From the NCBI RefSeq assembly GCF_902713615.1, contig NC_052151.1, forward strand, positions 103,561,304-103,625,303: a DNA stretch of 64,000 nt. Reading direction: 5' to 3'. The notes beneath the pieces were generated by a model that was given only the letters and a program-made list of their open reading frames with translations, was not told where the DNA came from and did no database searches. The position numbers were made by a program, and so were the translations under genes. Shown here piece after piece: positions 63,553 to 64,000 of this stretch. Within the stretch, counting starts at the first letter, position 1. Every line of letters begins with the position of its first letter. This stretch comes from Scyliorhinus canicula (lineage: Eukaryota).

Positions 63553-64000
63553 CCGCTTCAGGACTTCCTACAGAAACTCAGCACCCATGGACCTGTTGAA
63601 CCAGGAACATTCCTCGTCACAATGGATGTCTCGGCACTCTACACCAGCATCCCCCATGATGATGGCATTGCTGCAACAACCTCAGTTTTCAACACCGACA
63701 ACTGCCAATCTCCAGACACAATTCTGCAACTCATCTGCTTCATTCTCGATCACAACGTCTTCACCTTCGACAACAAGTTCTTCATCCAAATGCACGGAAC
63801 AGCCATGGGGACCAAATGTGCACCTCAATACACCAACATCTTCATGCACAAGTTTGAACAAGACCTCCTCACCGCACAGGACCTTCAACCGACGTTATAC
63901 ACCAGATACATCGATGACATTCTTTTCTTTTGGACCCACGGTGAAGGATCACTGAAATGACTACACAATGACATCAATAAGTTCCATCCCACCATCAGAC
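63553..64000 (+). mobile_element. Penelope-like reverse transcriptase fragment (runs off window)
   Basis: LVTMDVSALYTSIP, GTAMGTKCAP and YTRYIDD motifs; premature TGA at 63958-63960. Confidence 0.9.

Noticed and set aside
53377-64000. Upstream FN3 exon ending CVRIATK
   Set aside because: Not found by eye; probably beyond 64000

Overview
Eukaryotic, repeat-rich genomic DNA from a cartilaginous fish (shark-like, inferred from HE1-type V-SINEs, a Deu-domain SINE and shark-type CR1/L1/Penelope families). The window appears to lie within a minus-strand receptor tyrosine phosphatase kappa (PTPRK) gene. Four exons splice in frame with canonical GT-AG sites: the transmembrane exon (53238-53376), a 30-nt Tyr-rich microexon (39152-39181), the juxtamembrane exon (27797-27957) and a 36-nt microexon (5041-5076). 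The ORF track misses both microexons. A fifth, GC-donor 27-nt microexon candidate lies at 56177-56203. The introns hold nested CR1, L1, L2, RTE and Penelope retroelements, solo LTRs, a degraded two-LTR ERV-like element, MITEs and several SINE families. The most unusual signal is a family of short (~180-235 bp) fold-back elements with 13-14 bp target-site duplications that carry minimal hammerhead-ribozyme motifs. One copy keeps a complete fold with a compensatory U3-A8 core on the PTPRK sense strand. There are no prokaryotic features, and most ORFs in the track are TE fragments or noise. Boundaries of old repeats are approximate, read by eye.
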